From: Eledone cirrhosa
Lineage: Eukaryota
Reading direction: 5' to 3'
DNA length: 64,000 nucleotides
Assembly (NCBI GenBank): GCA_964016885.1
Contig: OZ024742.1
Coordinates: 282,410,001-282,474,000, forward strand
In this document: positions 12,859-28,049 of the stretch, piece by piece
How the letters are laid out: every line of letters begins with the position of its first letter
Numbering within the stretch: position 1 is the first letter of the stretch
Made by a program: the position numbers and the translations under genes
The notes under the pieces: generated by a model
The model's input: only the letters and a program-made list of their open reading frames with translations
What the model was told of the DNA's origin: nothing
Databases searched by the model: none

Positions 12859-14505
12859 TACAAATATTAATAAAATAGATGTTCTTTTGAAATATACCTA
12901 CGGCACTTTAAAATCTAAAGTTTAAAACAGATTCAAACTTATATATAAATGTGAGTTTTTGGTGCGTTTTTGATCACTTATTTATAATATAATGTATTAT
13001 AATATGTATGTAATTATATATTATATTTTATATATTTTTAAATATACCCATCACATTTCTATATACATGATTCAAATATAGAGAAAATATCCAAACTAAA
13101 AATTATTATAGACATTATTTTGAACTCTGAATTATCCATGCACTTATTATTGTTTTTCTTATATATATGTATTTAAATGTAACACGTTGAACTCTATTTT
13201 ATAAAATTATAACCGTTATCATTTACTGCACCACTAATACCTAATATATATCTATATATACCTCCCTATATCTTCCTATACATAATTTTTAGTTAACTTC
13301 TAAATTTCTTGATTATGTATACTCTGAACTAAGAATAATTAATGCATTTACACCCAGTTATATATAGGTGTATATTTAATCTTAACATGCCTCAATCTAT
13401 TATTTTATTTTTATTCTCGTTATTATTTACCTAAAATATACTGGCTCATTAATATATATCTATATACATAATCGTTATTTAAATATTTCTACCAATAAAT
13501 ACTTCAGAAGCTTTACATACCTAATATGTTGGTATCTTCGTTAAAGAATAATTAATGCATTTACACCCAGTTATATATAGCTGTATATTTAATCTTAACA
13601 TGCCTCAATCTATTATTTTATTTTTATCTTCGTCGTTATTATTTACCTAAAATATACTGGCTCATTAATATATATCTATATACATAATCGTTATTTAAAT
13701 ATTTCTACCAATAAGTACTTCAAAAGCTTTACATACCTAATATGTTGGTATCTTTGTTAAAGTTTAAATTTAGGAAAATAATCAACAGTATAAAATGTCA
13801 TTTTTGATGCGCCAGCTAAATCCTTTAAATGTTACCCTCATAAAACTCAGAAGCTTAGAAAAGTTAACACACTTATAGAATTTATAAAACTAATATATAA
13901 ATAACCGGCAAAAAAATCCCGAAATCTTGATTCTTCACCTTAAAATTATAAATTAAATATTTTCAAAATTAACCGTTTAACTTTCTGGAAAAATCTCCTT
14001 CTGCATATATCACCCCCCCCCCCCTCCTTATCTTCCCCTCTCTATAAATCCTTTTCCAGGGGCTATCACTGGCTGTTATGATTCATGAGATGTTTTCATA
14101 GATAAATTGCAGTATCATACATTTTAAAATGTCTATAACTGTTACATTAAACAACGTTTTTCTTACTCATACATCCTCTATTGAATTTATTACGTTTTCG
14201 CATTTTCTCATAATTAGGGTATAAATGTTAAATTTTCTCTTAGGTTAATCACTACCTTGATTAAATCTTAACCATTTAACATCTCAGGGTATGTCATCTA
14301 TCATTATATTTTGTCTGATGAGGACGTACTGTTGTACATCCGAAATATGTATAATAAAATGTAATTGATCAAAAGAACATCTATTTTATTAATATTTGTA
14401 TTTTAATATTAATAACTCCGGAAAATTATTTTTCTTGTAGAGTGCTTCCAATCTACTGTAAAACTCATTCTTTGACATACTCATTGAATATTGTTTAACA
14501 CTTTA
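12852..14505 (+). mobile_element. AT-rich non-coding PLE-type remnant with short inverted 5' copy and 3' hammerhead
   Basis: 12852-12890 is the reverse complement of about 14369-14408; internal ~213-bp direct duplication (13331-13760); HHR at 14303; flanked by (TA)n. Confidence 0.55.
14303..14365 (+). ncRNA. Type I hammerhead ribozyme
   Basis: attatattttgt CTGATGA GGAcGTAC tgtt GTACaTCC GAAA tatgta TA ataaaatgtaat; 12-bp stem I. Confidence 0.8.
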
Positions 14506-14758
14506 ATATATATATATATAGAGAGAAAGAGAGAAACACACAGATGCATGCGGACACATACATATACATGAATATATCCACATATATCCTTGAGTTAGTG
14601 GTACCATCCTCAACCGATGTTGCTCTATGAATAACTGGGATAAACTAATCCGAATGGATTAGATTGATTCAGTATCAGAGCTATATAATACATTATAAAG
14701 AGAGAAGAAACATTAGATATAATTAATAAGATGCATCATACCCAAACTGCTTCTTGAG

Positions 14759-14851
14759 TCCCCGACTACGTAGTTTCGTGGCATATTATGCAAAAACACT
14801 ACATCACAGAGATATAGAATGTTTGTGAGGTCTGCCGACTTATCAAGAGGA
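14759..14851 (-). ncRNA. Type I hammerhead ribozyme, U3:A8 variant
   Basis: tcctc TTGATAA gtcggca...tgccac GAAA CTACGTAG TC gggga; palindromic stem III, GUC site. Confidence 0.7.
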
Positions 14852-15066
14852 TTCCTCATTAAGAGTTTCAAAACACGTCCGTAGGACACGAGATAGAATC
14901 CCGAAAGGCGGAGGGGGAGTCAATCACGTGATACAGCGGTCAAGAAACAGAGCTAAGCCTCTTATAACCCTGAAAAAAATACCACGGAGGCGGAGGGGGT
15001 ACTTATATCAAAGCCGTTGAAGAGGTGGCTAAGGTTGCACCCGTCAACCGCTGCTTAACTAGAGTG

Positions 15067-16830
15067 CTAATCTGCTTTGTTTGTCGGTAAGGACAAGTTT
15101 AGCTTCCAGTAACCGGGTCCTTGTCTATGGGTTCTATCAAGGTTGACCACTCCGGTCACCAACTTGTGATCCGAATAGTCAACCATGAACATTCGTGGAC
15201 AACTTAATATGTCCCTATCCTTATTTCTAACTAGGAACCTATCTACGTACGACCTAGATGTTCCGCTGAGATTAGACCACGTCCACAGTGGCACAGTCGG
15301 AAAATCTAGTCGATATCTATCGGCCAGATCAAATCGGCCGATTAACCGTTTGAGGCTGTTACACCCCCTCTATCGGGGCATGCCCCTACATAGTCCCAAC
15401 GTGCATCCAGGATACCATTTCAGTCCCCCACCAAAAGCAAGGAGCGAGACGTTCCCAGAAAAGTTTCTAGGCGTTGAAAGAAGTCCGGTCGCGGTGTCCA
15501 AGATGAGGCATACGCTGCCACCAGCCTGAAGGCTCCACCTTCACTACTGCCGACGTCTAGAATCACCAGTTGGTCCTCCGGGTCCAGGTGTACCTTCCGT
15601 GTTGCGAGGCCCAGGTATTTTCGCAGCAGAACTACCACCCCGCCCCCACCTCCCGGCTGACAGAGAGATGCATAGATCTCAAAGTCGTCGAAGATGGGGG
15701 CCAGTTGGTGCTCGCTGCTGATCCTGGACTCGCAAATAGGTATCACATCCATTCTGTGCGACCTGCAGTCATTTAAGAGTTTGCTCTGCTTCCAGGACAT
15801 CCCCAGGCCGCGCACATTTAAACATCCAACTCTTATAACAGCCATGTTGGTAGTGAAGAGTTTAGAGTGGAGAAAATGGAAAAGACACCTACCTGTCCTT
15901 CTCCTGGGGACCAGGCTGCACAATTTCCATGGGGGTGTCGGCGGGGTTTTTTGGTGGGGGATGGTTTGGGATGTGGTGGGGACATCACTGTGTGGTTGGG
16001 TGTGGGTGTTTGGTGGTGGATGGGTGTCTGGGGTGGTGTTGGGGAAATATTTCAAGAGGACGCGGTTGCTAGGTCTAGTACAGGGGTTCCCCACGTCCTC
16101 GGGAAAGTTCTGTTTGAGCATTGCGTAGGTGTCTCTTGGGACCCTAATCATTTTTAAATGCGGTTTAGTCGCCGCCTTGGTGAACATTTTGTCTTCGGTT
16201 TCCACCGAAGGGTCTTTGTCTATTGTTTGCACAAGTGTTTTGTTGTTTGTGTTGATGTATGTATACTGTTTATGTTGTGTTGTGTTTGTTTTTGTTTGTT
16301 GTTCTTGTGTGTGTTTGCGTTTTGTAGTATGTGTTATGTTTTCGGGAGGGGTGGTTTTTTTTGTTTGTGATGTTTTTTCTGTTTGTGCTGGTGGCTGTGT
16401 GTTTGTTGTATTTTTGTTGATGTGGTGCCTTCTTTTCTTTCTTTTTACCGGTTGAAAGGGTTCTCTCTCGTCGTCACTGGGTGACGTTGATAAGGGGTCC
16501 TCGTCCGTGTTGTTGGGGAGGGGTATATTTTGGGGTTTTGTTGGGGTTGCTTTTGTATTTGTTTTAGGTGGGGAGGGGTTGGGTGGGACAGTGTCTTGTG
16601 TTGTTATTTTTTCGTGTTGTTGTGGTTGTGGTGGTGGTGGTGGTGGTTGTGTTGTTGTGTGTGGTGTGGGCAGAAGCGTCTTGAGGGAGGGGATTTAAAA
16701 GGGGACAGGAAGCCCTCAGGTGACCACTTCTTGAACAGTGGTAGCATGAAGGCCGCCTGCCCTCAACAGAAATGTTTATGAAGGCGACTCCACCCAGGGA
16801 CACACGCTGCGGTATTCTTGCTATCCGTTC
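15067..16830 (-). mobile_element. Tx1/L1-clade LINE 5' portion (ORF1 zinc knuckle + APE endonuclease), disrupted
   Basis: ORF1 CYHCSRSGHLRASCP (CCHC); ORF2 from ATG at 15845: MAVIRVGCLNVRGLG..., LLLVGD, TWSN...SYVDRFLV...SDHKLV...GPGYWKLN; frameshifts present. Confidence 0.85.
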
Positions 16831-17058
16831 TGGCTATTAGAAATACTAGGTAAATCTTATGTGGCTGTGGATCGCGGATAAAATAGCTCTCATTTATTTA
16901 TCTATTATTTCTTCATCGGTACATTTTAAACTTATAGCCTCGTTTAATTGATTTTTTATGTGGTTGATTATGCTGATTGGGAGAAGAAATACTGTATATA
17001 TTTTATCAAATGATTCTATGGACTTACTTTCTTATATATATGTATATATGTATATATA

Positions 17059-17141
<83 letters not shown>

Positions 17142-17148
<7 letters not shown>

Positions 17149-18127
17149 TAACAGATCAAAGTTTAAGCAAAGAATCGTTGCTTTCACCCTTAATGGGATC
17201 TTCTGAAACTAATAAAGTCAATCTGTAAACGCAGAAGTGGATATTTCAAAAAACGTTGCAACCGGAGGAAGACAGGAAGACGATACTTTGGTTCGTGGAA
17301 ACGTTCGCTGGCAAAGAACGGGAAAAAACGAATATAATACGTCATTAATAGGAGCGGTGAAAAACAATTACGCGCAAAGACAGAACCACGTTTATGGTAT
17401 AAAAGAGGTCGTAGACTAATGTTCTGTTAGGTGGTTCATAGAGACGTTCTCTGGCAATGAACGAAAGAAACGAAGAATGGTATAAACAAAACATATACTG
17501 AGCTCCCACATCAAGACGAAAAATATTCACGTATAAATCGTACTATCCGTTAGGGTATAACGTGGGGCTGTAATACAGGAAAGTTTTGTGCAATTTATGT
17601 TTACAAGCCGAAATTGCCTCAGATCTTTTGTTTAAGATGTGGTCTGTGGCGTAGAGTATTTCCAGGGCCTCAGCGGCGCAGAGGTCACATCGTCTTTTAT
17701 TTCCGTTATACGATCCAGCCCTAGCTAGGATCTCCCAGTGTAACTTATATTGGGTGTGGTTGTCGTTTAGACTCCAGATATAAACGTGGTTCTGTCTTTG
17801 CGCGTAATTGTTTTTCACCGCTCCTATTAATGACGTATTATATTCGTTTTTTCCCGTTCTTTGCCAGCGAACGTTTCCACGAACCAAAGTATCGTCTTCC
17901 TGTCTTCCTCCGGTTGCAACGTTTTTTGAAATATCCACTTCTGCGTTTACAGATTGACTTTGTTAGTTTCAGAAGATCCCGTTAAGGGTGAAAGCAGCGA
18001 TTCTTTGCTTAAACTTTGATCTGTTATTTTAATAAATATTTGCTCTACGGTTCTTATATATTTGATATATATTTATCCTTATCGAGCCCTCTTTGGATTT
18101 TAGTCTTCAAATTTATTATTATTACTA
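17142..18127. mobile_element. Penelope-like element 3' remnant with inverted pLTR
   Basis: GIY-YIG C-terminus on - strand (YIWSL...HWEILARAGSY...CDLCAAE...LNKRSEAISACKH, 17543-17780); inverted arms about 17142-17394 / 17782-18033; HHR-like motifs at 17160-17210 (-) and 17965-18015 (+); TA flanks. Confidence 0.85.
17965..18015 (+). ncRNA. Hammerhead-like motif, U4A core variant (mirror copy 17160-17210 on -)
   Basis: agttt CAGAAGA tccc gttaa gggt GAAA gca gcgattctt tgc TT aaact. Confidence 0.55.
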
Positions 18128-18887
18128 TATATATATATATATATATAATATAAGATCAAAAGATGGTTAAAGGAGTTCCATGTATTTTATTATGCGCATT
18201 TCAAAAACAAACATCATCATGCAATAATATTTGTGTTTTCATCAGATAAAACAGGAGAACATGATATGAAGGCTAAAAAACACTTGTGGATAGTGCAGTT
18301 TTATTTTGCAATACACTGTATGCTTAATTAAAAGCATTTCGAAGAGCTTATGCTATTGTTTTAGAGTAGTGATAGTCTCACTTACTTTAATTTTCAGCAA
18401 ACAGGGGAGATAAAGCCGACAGAGCCCTGTCTCGCATTTGTTGATGCTAATCAAGGCTAACTACTCCTCCTGTTTGCTGAAAATCATGGATGTTTGATTC
18501 TTATAGAATTCTAGTAAATAATCAAGAACTGATTATAACAGAGCTGTTGCCGGTCAAGCAGAAATTGAAAATTAGAATTGGTGCTCTGAAATAGCTATAT
18601 ATATATATGAATGTATATATAGTGTATTTTGCAATACACTGTATGCTTAATTAAAAGCATTTCGAAGACCTTAAAATTCATAACCTCAACGGTTAAAATT
18701 CGCTGGAAAGCGAATTTTAACCGTTGAGGTTGTCTTTTTTTCCGGGTATGTCAATATTTATTTATAAAACAAATCTGTATTTTATCTGATGAAAGCGCAC
18801 CATAATTTACCTTGGTCGTCCTTGAAATATATATATTAAAATATTTATGGTTTTATAAATATACTTTCCATTTATTAATATATTGTA

Positions 18888-18951
<64 letters not shown>

Positions 18952-19004
18952 TGGGTTGGATATATCCGTAGCAGTTGAGCGCTCCGTCCATGAGACGAGT
19001 TTTG

Positions 19005-19136
<132 letters not shown>

Positions 19137-19192
19137 AAAAGCGACAGGACCCCGATGGCTGAGCTCCGGCCGTTTCGATAGCTAGACCCGAA

Positions 19193-19227
<35 letters not shown>

Positions 19228-19675
19228 ACACACACACACATATATATATATACACATATATATATATATACATGTTGTGTCGAGTTGGTGTATGTATGTT
19301 AGAGAGAGAGAGAGAGAGAGAGCGGGAGAAAGAGAGAGTGTGTCTGCAGACATTCCGGATGTTCTCAGTTAAAACATATATAGTACCACATTTAATGCAG
19401 TATTTAATACATATTAAGATTTGGAATTTTTATATTCCATTTGAACGTTCTTTGTTCAACTGATATCTTCCGTCTCGATCTTATCTATATCGTCATCAGG
19501 ATCTATATCATTCTTGATGAAGGTCTAGAAAAGATCGAATTTAGCGATATCATTCGTTGAATTAATGTTCAAATAAAACACTCAGACACACGTGTGAGTA
19601 TGTATCAATATATCTTTTTATCTATATCTATATATCTCCCTCTCTCTCTCTCCCTCTCTCTATCTCTCTCACTCT

Positions 19676-19709
<34 letters not shown>

Positions 19710-19728
19710 TTTAACTGTTTATATAGAC

Positions 19729-19811
<83 letters not shown>

Positions 19812-19928
19812 CAAATATTCATACATACATACATATATACATACACACACGCACACATACGCACACACACACACATATATAAATATATATATATATATAT
19901 ACTTTAACTGTTTATATAGATGTATATA

Positions 19929-19960
<32 letters not shown>

Positions 19961-20039
19961 CAAATATTCATACATACATACAAATATACATACATATATA
20001 CATACACACACGCACACATACACACGCACGCACACACAC

Positions 20040-20129
<90 letters not shown>

Positions 20130-20271
20130 AATAATAATAAATGTGAAGACTAAAATCCAGAGGGCTCGATGGATAAATATATATCAAATATATAAGAACC
20201 GTAGAGCATGCTTATATAGATATAATTGTAAAATTGTTTATATTTAAATAAATACATATATTTTAACTACC

Positions 20272-20310
<39 letters not shown>

Positions 20311-20385
20311 ATATATTAACTACCTATATATATACATATATATATATGTAAATATATATATATATATATGTGTGTGTGTGTATAA

Positions 20386-20424
<39 letters not shown>

Positions 20425-20443
20425 CGTACATACATACATATAC

Positions 20444-20491
<48 letters not shown>

Positions 20492-21003
20492 TACTTATAT
20501 ATCCTAGTATACAGCCAAATGTGATACCCTGTAATCTTTCCGCCATTCAAACTGGACAAAATGACGCCAAACTATGGAGCCACTGTTTGGTCTGTGGTAA
20601 TTTGATGGTTGTTAGATAAGTGGGTGACCCGGCAAAGAGAACTGAAATAATGTGAAAAGGGGAGAAAGGGTTAACTCAGAAAAAGCCATAAATATATGTT
20701 AGTGGAGGTTGTATACGACCTCTATTTACTATCACTTCGTGGTAGTGGTAAATCTGACTTTGGATGGTTCTACCGTCTCCCCCCCCCCATCTCTCTCTCA
20801 CTCTCTCACTCTCTCACTCTCTCTCTCTCACTCTCTCACTCTCTCACTCTCTCACTCTCTCTCTCTCTCGCTCTCTCTCTCACACACACACGCACATATA
20901 CATACATATACACAAGCACACATACACATGCACAAATATATGTGCGCGCACATATCTTTTATTACCTTGGAGTATTTAGTATTTTCAACTGCTCATTTTA
21001 TTG

Positions 21004-21051
<48 letters not shown>

Positions 21052-21088
21052 CTGTTTGTCTATATGTATGTATGTGTATGTGTGTGTA

Positions 21089-21134
<46 letters not shown>

Positions 21135-22009
21135 GGGTGAAAATTAACGTAAACATAAGACAGATATAGATAGCTAATCGGTTATTTTTTATTGGATGCC
21201 GCAGCCGAGAGTAAAATAAATTAAAATGTGTAAAGACTTTCAAATATTCTTATGTCAGCATTTCACAGAATATTATCGCCTGGTGTGAGTATTTAACATA
21301 TGTACTTGAACGGTAATAACGTGTGTGAATCCATATATGAATGCAAGGGCCTTGTTTCAGGGCAGTATCGGGGGACAAGACCCCCACCCCCTTACACTTT
21401 TTCAGGAACGGGGGACAAACCATCTTATTTTGTTTTGTTTATTTGATATAATACATTCTTTTTAAGCTTATTTTTTTATATTTGAACTTCATTTGAATAT
21501 ACAAAATTTAATTAGCGTAGTGATAGGGTCCGGGAAAGGCACCATAAGCAATACTAACATGCCCCTTTAAGAATCAACAAATGTTGGTTTGTCCCCTGAC
21601 ATTTTAAAGGCAAATGAGGCTCCTGTATGAGTGTGTTAACCCTTAACATCATGTACCAAATCAAAAGTACCAAACGACCGCATTAAAATTTAAAATCCTT
21701 ACAATAATACTCAAGACTTTCACATTGATCAGTCCATTAGTAAATATAAGATATCTGCTAAATCATTACAGGTTGTTAACATCTAATTAATAACCATACA
21801 TTGGTAACATGGTAGAGGATCGGACGCCATGCGTTACAGCATAGTTACGTCCCTTTACGTTCTGAGTTCAAATCCCGCCAAGTATTGCACTGGGATAATT
21901 GCTGACCTTGTGCCAAAATAGAAACAATTAATTTTAGCATAAATGACTACGCCACTTTAAATATTAACGTCTATATTATAATACTACAAATTTTAACAAA
22001 GATCTCTCC

Positions 22010-22420
22010 ATCAGTTAGCAGACCTGTCAACTCTCCCCGTCCAACGGAGAGATCTCCCACCAACTTTGGGATGGGTGAGAGATGTTTTCTTTTCTGAAAA
22101 TGGGTATGGCTTGCATTATGTAAAATCTCCGCATTTTGCCTCATTTCTCCCTGCTTTGGGATACTTTTTTCATGGTATTCCACGTTTGGGATTTTAGAGG
22201 TTGGCAAGTCTGAGTTTCCAAGATTTCAGTCTCTGTTGTACTGGTAAATCTTCCCGTCCGACTGGAGATCTCCCACCCACTTTGGGGTGGGTAAGAGATG
22301 TCTTCTCTTGTAAAATGTGTATGGCTTTCATTATGTAAAATCTCCCAATTTTGCCTCATTTCTCCCCATTTTGGGGCACTTTTTTTCATGGTTTAGGTTT
22401 TAGAGGTTAGCAGGTCTGAA
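22010..22420 (-). repeat. Two tandem ~215-bp units of a dispersed repeat (third copy at 61758-61918, +)
   Basis: Repeated ccatgaaaaa(a)agt...ggga gaaatgaggcaaaat...tacataatg...agatctc...ggacgg motif. Confidence 0.6.
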
Positions 22421-23121
22421 TAAGGATACTACAAACATTTGAAATAATTGACCCGTTTTTAGATATTTTCTACTGTCCCATTGTTGGATGTTAAGAGTGA
22501 ATGTGTCACTGTGCAGCATTTAGATGGATACATATATCCATTTTAATGTACTGTAGGGATGACTGTGGGTTAGTTGTTGCTCAATGCATTTACTATAAAA
22601 TGGAGATAACTTAGCATTATCTCTATATATAAAACATATTGTTTCTCTGTATGTCCGCTGCAACTGACGATATGTCAACCACAAGAAATTATCTATCACA
22701 TATATTAGATTCAAGCTAGAAAACAAATGTCATCGATACAAGTTCAAAATACCATCCTGACTAAAATATAATGTTATATGTGTATAGTATGGTCCTGTAA
22801 CTCCTGGTTGAATCTTGGGCATTTTAAGCCTGGTCGAGCCCTTCCGTCTCCATGCCTGAGTACAGCAGTTCTTCCAGAGAAAGATAGAAAGTGAGAAAGA
22901 TGAAATGAAAAAGAGATATAGAAGAAAAATCAACCCAGTACAAGAAATCGACCCTCGAAATGATTTGAACTCCTCGGCGGAATTTGAACTCAGAAAGCAG
23001 AGAGTCGGAACGAATATATATATGAAGGCGGCCGACCGAACTAGAAACTGCTAAATATGTAGCCGCCTTCTTGCCTCTGCCTTTTCAGCCCCATGGATTA
23101 TATTCCTTTGATAAATTTCGA

Positions 23122-23179
23122 ATACCTGAAGAGGTCACCGGATTCATACTGAACCCGGTCATTGAAATGTTCATAGTAT
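23122..23179 (+). ncRNA. Type I hammerhead ribozyme
   Basis: atac CTGAAGA ggtcaccgg attcatactgaac ccggtcatt GAAA TG tt CA TA gtat. Confidence 0.7.
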
Positions 23180-23392
23180 AATAAACCTTTAAGGAATTAC
23201 ACCAGTCCAGCCTCCTGTTATTTTATAATAATTAACTCCATACTCGCACCACCAACTACACAAACGAAGACGGATGAGTTGCATTACGTCGAGTGCTATC
23301 CCTAATATTACATCGAGGTTGACCATACGGAATGACCAGTTCTATCCAGTGGTGAACCAACAAACCTAAATGTATATATATATATATATATA

Positions 23393-24327
23393 TAAAGAAA
23401 AAGAGATGAAATCGAAAATGCAACTGAAGTCTTATTTTTTTTTTAAATATATATATTTATTTGGTTCCTTTACCGGTTTCGCAGTTCTTCTGCTTTTCAA
23501 AAGGTGAGTTGAGATGGAGGGTCTGTGGTTTTTCTCACATCTGGTTGGTCTCTGAATGTTACTTGTTTTATATGGAAAAAGTGGCTCGAAAGCCAGGTTT
23601 TTCGAGAAGCACACACACAACTCCCTCCCCCATCTCTACTAATAGAATCATCTTCCAATACACACATACACACACACACACACATACACACACACAAGCA
23701 CACAAATAAACACATATCTTCAGTCTCAATAGAAAATCTGAACTCTGACACCTGAACTCTGACAGCTGGCCATATTCACTGAACCAGAACATTTCTCCCA
23801 ATCCCTTTTCCCTTGACCACTATCTCTCCATTGTCATAACATTCACTATAAAGACTACAGAATAGTTTTCCAAATAAGGGCGCAAAAATGTAATGAAAAC
23901 TTGTTCACGTGACAGCCAAATTTCATTTATAACCAACCAAAAAAAAGCCTTCGTGAGCTTCCTTTTTTCAAGTAAAAAGAAATTCAAACACTCATATATG
24001 AAAAAACAACCTGTGACAACCCCCCCCCCCCCCTCTCTTATTTGAAGAACTATTGTAACGCGAACTGGCGCGAAATTTATTATAATTATTGACAAACCAA
24101 TCAAATTACTTCTCGAAAAACCTGGCTTTCGAGCCACTTTTTCCATATAAAACAAGTAACATTCAGAGACCAACCAGATGTGAGAAAAACCACAGACGCT
24201 CCATCTCAACTCACCTTTTGAAAAGCAGAAGAACTGCGAAACCGGTAAAGGAACCAAATAAATATATATATTTTTTTAAAAAAATAAGACTTCAGTTGCA
24301 TTTTCGATTTCATCTCTTTTTCTTTAT
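23393..24327. mobile_element. Head-to-head PLE-type fold-back insertion with two U3:A8 hammerheads
   Basis: Inverted arms about 23393-23607 / 24110-24327; HHR cctt TTGAAAA GCAG aagaa CTGC GAAA CCGG TA aagg at 24214-24251 (+) and 23467-23504 (-). Confidence 0.8.
24214..24251 (+). ncRNA. Minimal hammerhead ribozyme, U3:A8 variant
   Basis: Perfect 4-bp stem I, 4-bp stem II, palindromic ACCGGT stem III, GUA site; further copies at 23467-23504 (-) and 31881-31917 (+). Confidence 0.75.
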
Positions 24328-24383
24328 ACTTCCACTCGTGTAGGACACCTCGGTTATTTTTTATTTTGTAAAAAAAACCTCAC

Positions 24384-24466
<83 letters not shown>

Positions 24467-25381
24467 TATCGTATATATGTATATATGAGAGGGTGGTAAA
24501 CATTATGTGATGAGAAAGCGCTGGTGGTATTTGCAAATTGATTAGTAACTTTGTAATCAACTGATATTTACATATATGCCACTACTTGCATAGTATTTAC
24601 GAAATTTAACGGGGAAAAAAACAGCTGGGTTATTTGGTATAATCGGTTGGCACATTTATTACAAAAATAAGAGGGTTCGATTCTGACGCACACTAATGTC
24701 TATTTTTCTGTTCTAGGTTGTTATATACTTTGTTCTTATTCGGAGTTCAAATCCAGCCGAGGTTAACTTTACCTTTCATCCTTACGGGGTCGATAAAATA
24801 AAGTACCAGTAATGCACTGGAATAATTGCTGGCCTTGTGCCAATAAGTAGAAACAGTTATTATTAATATTATAAAAACACGACAAAGTTACTATTTCAAT
24901 TCAATATATATATACATATATATATATATATAAACTTCTGTCCGAGACGTTGAAACCTCCTACGCTTCCACCAAGCATGAACCTAATATAACTGTACAAT
25001 TACCTCCTGTGTTTTGTTCGTTCATTTTCAAATATATATATATATAAATGTAAGGATGTATGTATGTATACGTACATACATATATGTATACAGACGTACA
25101 GTAGTATGTATATATATACATACATGCACACATATATATATATATGTGTGCGTAATGCGGGCTGTTTGTTTGTTTACAAACGAACAAACCGAGCATTATA
25201 ATAAATGTTCGGTAAACCGATACGTGCATATATATATGCGTGCATGTATGTATATATATACATACTACTGTACGTCTGTATACATATATGTATGTACGTA
25301 TACATACTTACATTTAAGTAAGTGCCGTACTAAGAGTGAGAAATGAAATTTCGTTTCATTCTATTCCATTTATATTTATAT

Positions 25382-25484
<103 letters not shown>

Positions 25485-25648
25485 TTTTTTTTTGTCCATG
25501 CTTAACCTTAATTGTCTGTCTCTCTGTTTTTGTTTCCGTCCAAGTTTTCACTATATATATATATATATATAACGAAGGAAATATGGTAAGCAACCAGGTG
25601 GACCATAGCGCACCAAAGTACTCAATACTTAGGGTAGTAGAGTGGGTA

Positions 25649-25710
<62 letters not shown>

Positions 25711-25822
25711 TGAGATAAGCAGAACAAGTAAAATTCAACCAATTTTTCAAAATAGATCAAAATTAATATACAATTAAAATTAATCAAAATTAAAAAATAT
25801 AATATAAATATTTACCTATTCT

Positions 25823-25910
25823 AATGGCCCTAACTGTACAGTTTCACGGTGCAAAACATTAAATATCACCAGGATATTAATGGAAAAGCAACGATCATCA
25901 GAGAAGCATT
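25823..25910 (-). ncRNA. Type I hammerhead ribozyme
   Basis: aatgcttct CTGATGA tcgttgc...gcaccgt GAAA CTGTACAG TT agggccatt; palindromic stem III. Confidence 0.7.
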
Positions 25911-26105
25911 TTCCTGTCCTAGGGTTAAAAACCCCTGGAACGACAAAATATATGACCTCACTCCAACTAATACAGGTCTAAAAGGTCGTGAAAGTGACCC
26001 GTAAATACATTGGTGTATAGTGAAGGCGGGAAATCGTAGACTCGCCGTATATACTAGCCACTAAAAAAGAAAAGGATTTTTAGCAAATATATATATATAT
26101 ATATA

Positions 26106-26288
<183 letters not shown>

Positions 26289-27539
26289 TAGCAGGAAAAT
26301 GTGGTGTTTCTGTTAGTTATGAATGAGAAAAGAAAATTAGGAAAGAAAATTGTATCGAAAATTTAAATTAAAAGAAAAGAAATCATGTCTTCAGTTTCGT
26401 TTTCATGTCCCTGATCCCTCTATTGGGATATCGCTACCTTTTCCCATCTAGTTACATATTGATCAATTCGATAACAAATTAGGTGCACAATTTAGAGATA
26501 AAATATAAAGCCATATTATATGTAATTTTTTCTGAAATTGGCAAAATGTCTAGCAATTTCGGAGGCGCCTAAAACGCAGTGACTTCAAACCCGTACTATA
26601 TTTTATCAACCCCTCGATTGGCAGTATCAGTAGTGTCAGACACCATGCTTTGCAACATATAGTTATGGTCTTTACGTTCTGATTTCAAATTACGGAGTCG
26701 ATAAAATAAGGCACTAGTAATACACTGGGATAATTGCTGGCCTTGTGGCAAAAGTAGAAACAATTATATTTTATCAACCCCTGGAAGGAGTCAAAACAAA
26801 CATCGCAAAGAATTAGATGCATAATCTTGCCGGTATGCTGTATATGTAGGGATTATATGGAATAAATGATTACACTAAGATTTAATACTGATATATATTT
26901 TCAGATAATTCTTCCTACAATCCCTGAGTAATCCGTTGCACGCGTGTGTATATTTATATGAGTGTGTAAATGCGTGTGCGTGTGTTTGTGTGCCTCAAAA
27001 GATGTGGAAGTGGAGAGAAGAGTGTATTGTAAGTGAGAATGAATGTGTCTGTAATGTAATTGTGTAGGTTTTGTGTGTTTGCATGTGTGCATGTCTTCGA
27101 GTTTGGCGTGCAATTTATCAATAAACAAATTTATCGCTTTCTTTGTATTATATAAATTGATGTAAATTAATAGGATTTGGTAATTATATCTTCTCTTTCA
27201 CACGCACAAACCCTTCTCTCTCTATCTCTTTGTATGCATATATATATATATATATATATCTTTGTATGCATGTATGTATATATATATATACATGTTTGTG
27301 TGTGTATAAAATCCTTTTTCTGGTTTTAGTCATTAGACTACACCCACCACATTTTGTACATATATGTGCGCGCATGTGTGTGTATGTGTGTGTATGGGGC
27401 GTGTGTGTGAAGATATCGCTGAATGGTGAAGCGGTTCGGTTTGCAATGCGTGGTATCTTAGGCAAATGTTTTTATCATTACTTCGAGTTAAAATGGTGTG
27501 CTGGAAAACTGTGTGGAACTCCGTCGAATAAAGAGTAGA

Positions 27540-27845
27540 TATGATTCAAAGGTCCAGCTTTGTCATGTATTGTGCCAGGTTGATTCGGCTTGAGAATTAT
27601 GTTAAAGATATAGGTGTATATAAACTACTCAAATAATTACAGGTTTATTCTCGATCTAGATGTTTAGTTGATCCAAAACTTCAATACCTATCTTCCAAAT
27701 GAACGTAGCAACTCCGGGTAGAAGGGGCAACGTGAAATAAAGTGTCTTGTCCAAGGATATAACGCATCGCCCGGTCCGGGAATCGAAATCAGAACCTCAT
27801 GATTGCTAATTCAATTCTCTAATCACTCAGCCACGCGCCTTCACA
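27540..27845 (-). mobile_element. tRNA-derived SINE, second family
   Basis: Minus strand gcgtggctgagtgattag...ttcgattcccggacc...ccttggacaagacactttatttcac; homologous to 41959-42302. Confidence 0.7.
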
Positions 27846-28049
27846 GGAAGTTATCAACGATGCAGTTGTTTCTCACTTGTTAATGTTTAACTATATTACA
27901 TATCTTCTTGCCTTTGCTGAAGCTAAAGTAAGTTAGATTCCTAAAGAATTTTGCTTATGGTTATGAGCTGATGAAACTCATTTGCATACGGAGCGGTCAC
28001 CGGCCCGGTATAAATAAAAATATATCATATTTCCATATATATATATATC

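Noticed and set aside
20515-20596. Plus-strand exon-like segment (cag...gtaatt; [27 protein letters not shown])
   Set aside because: Poor polypyrimidine tract, no partner exons, no recognisable homology
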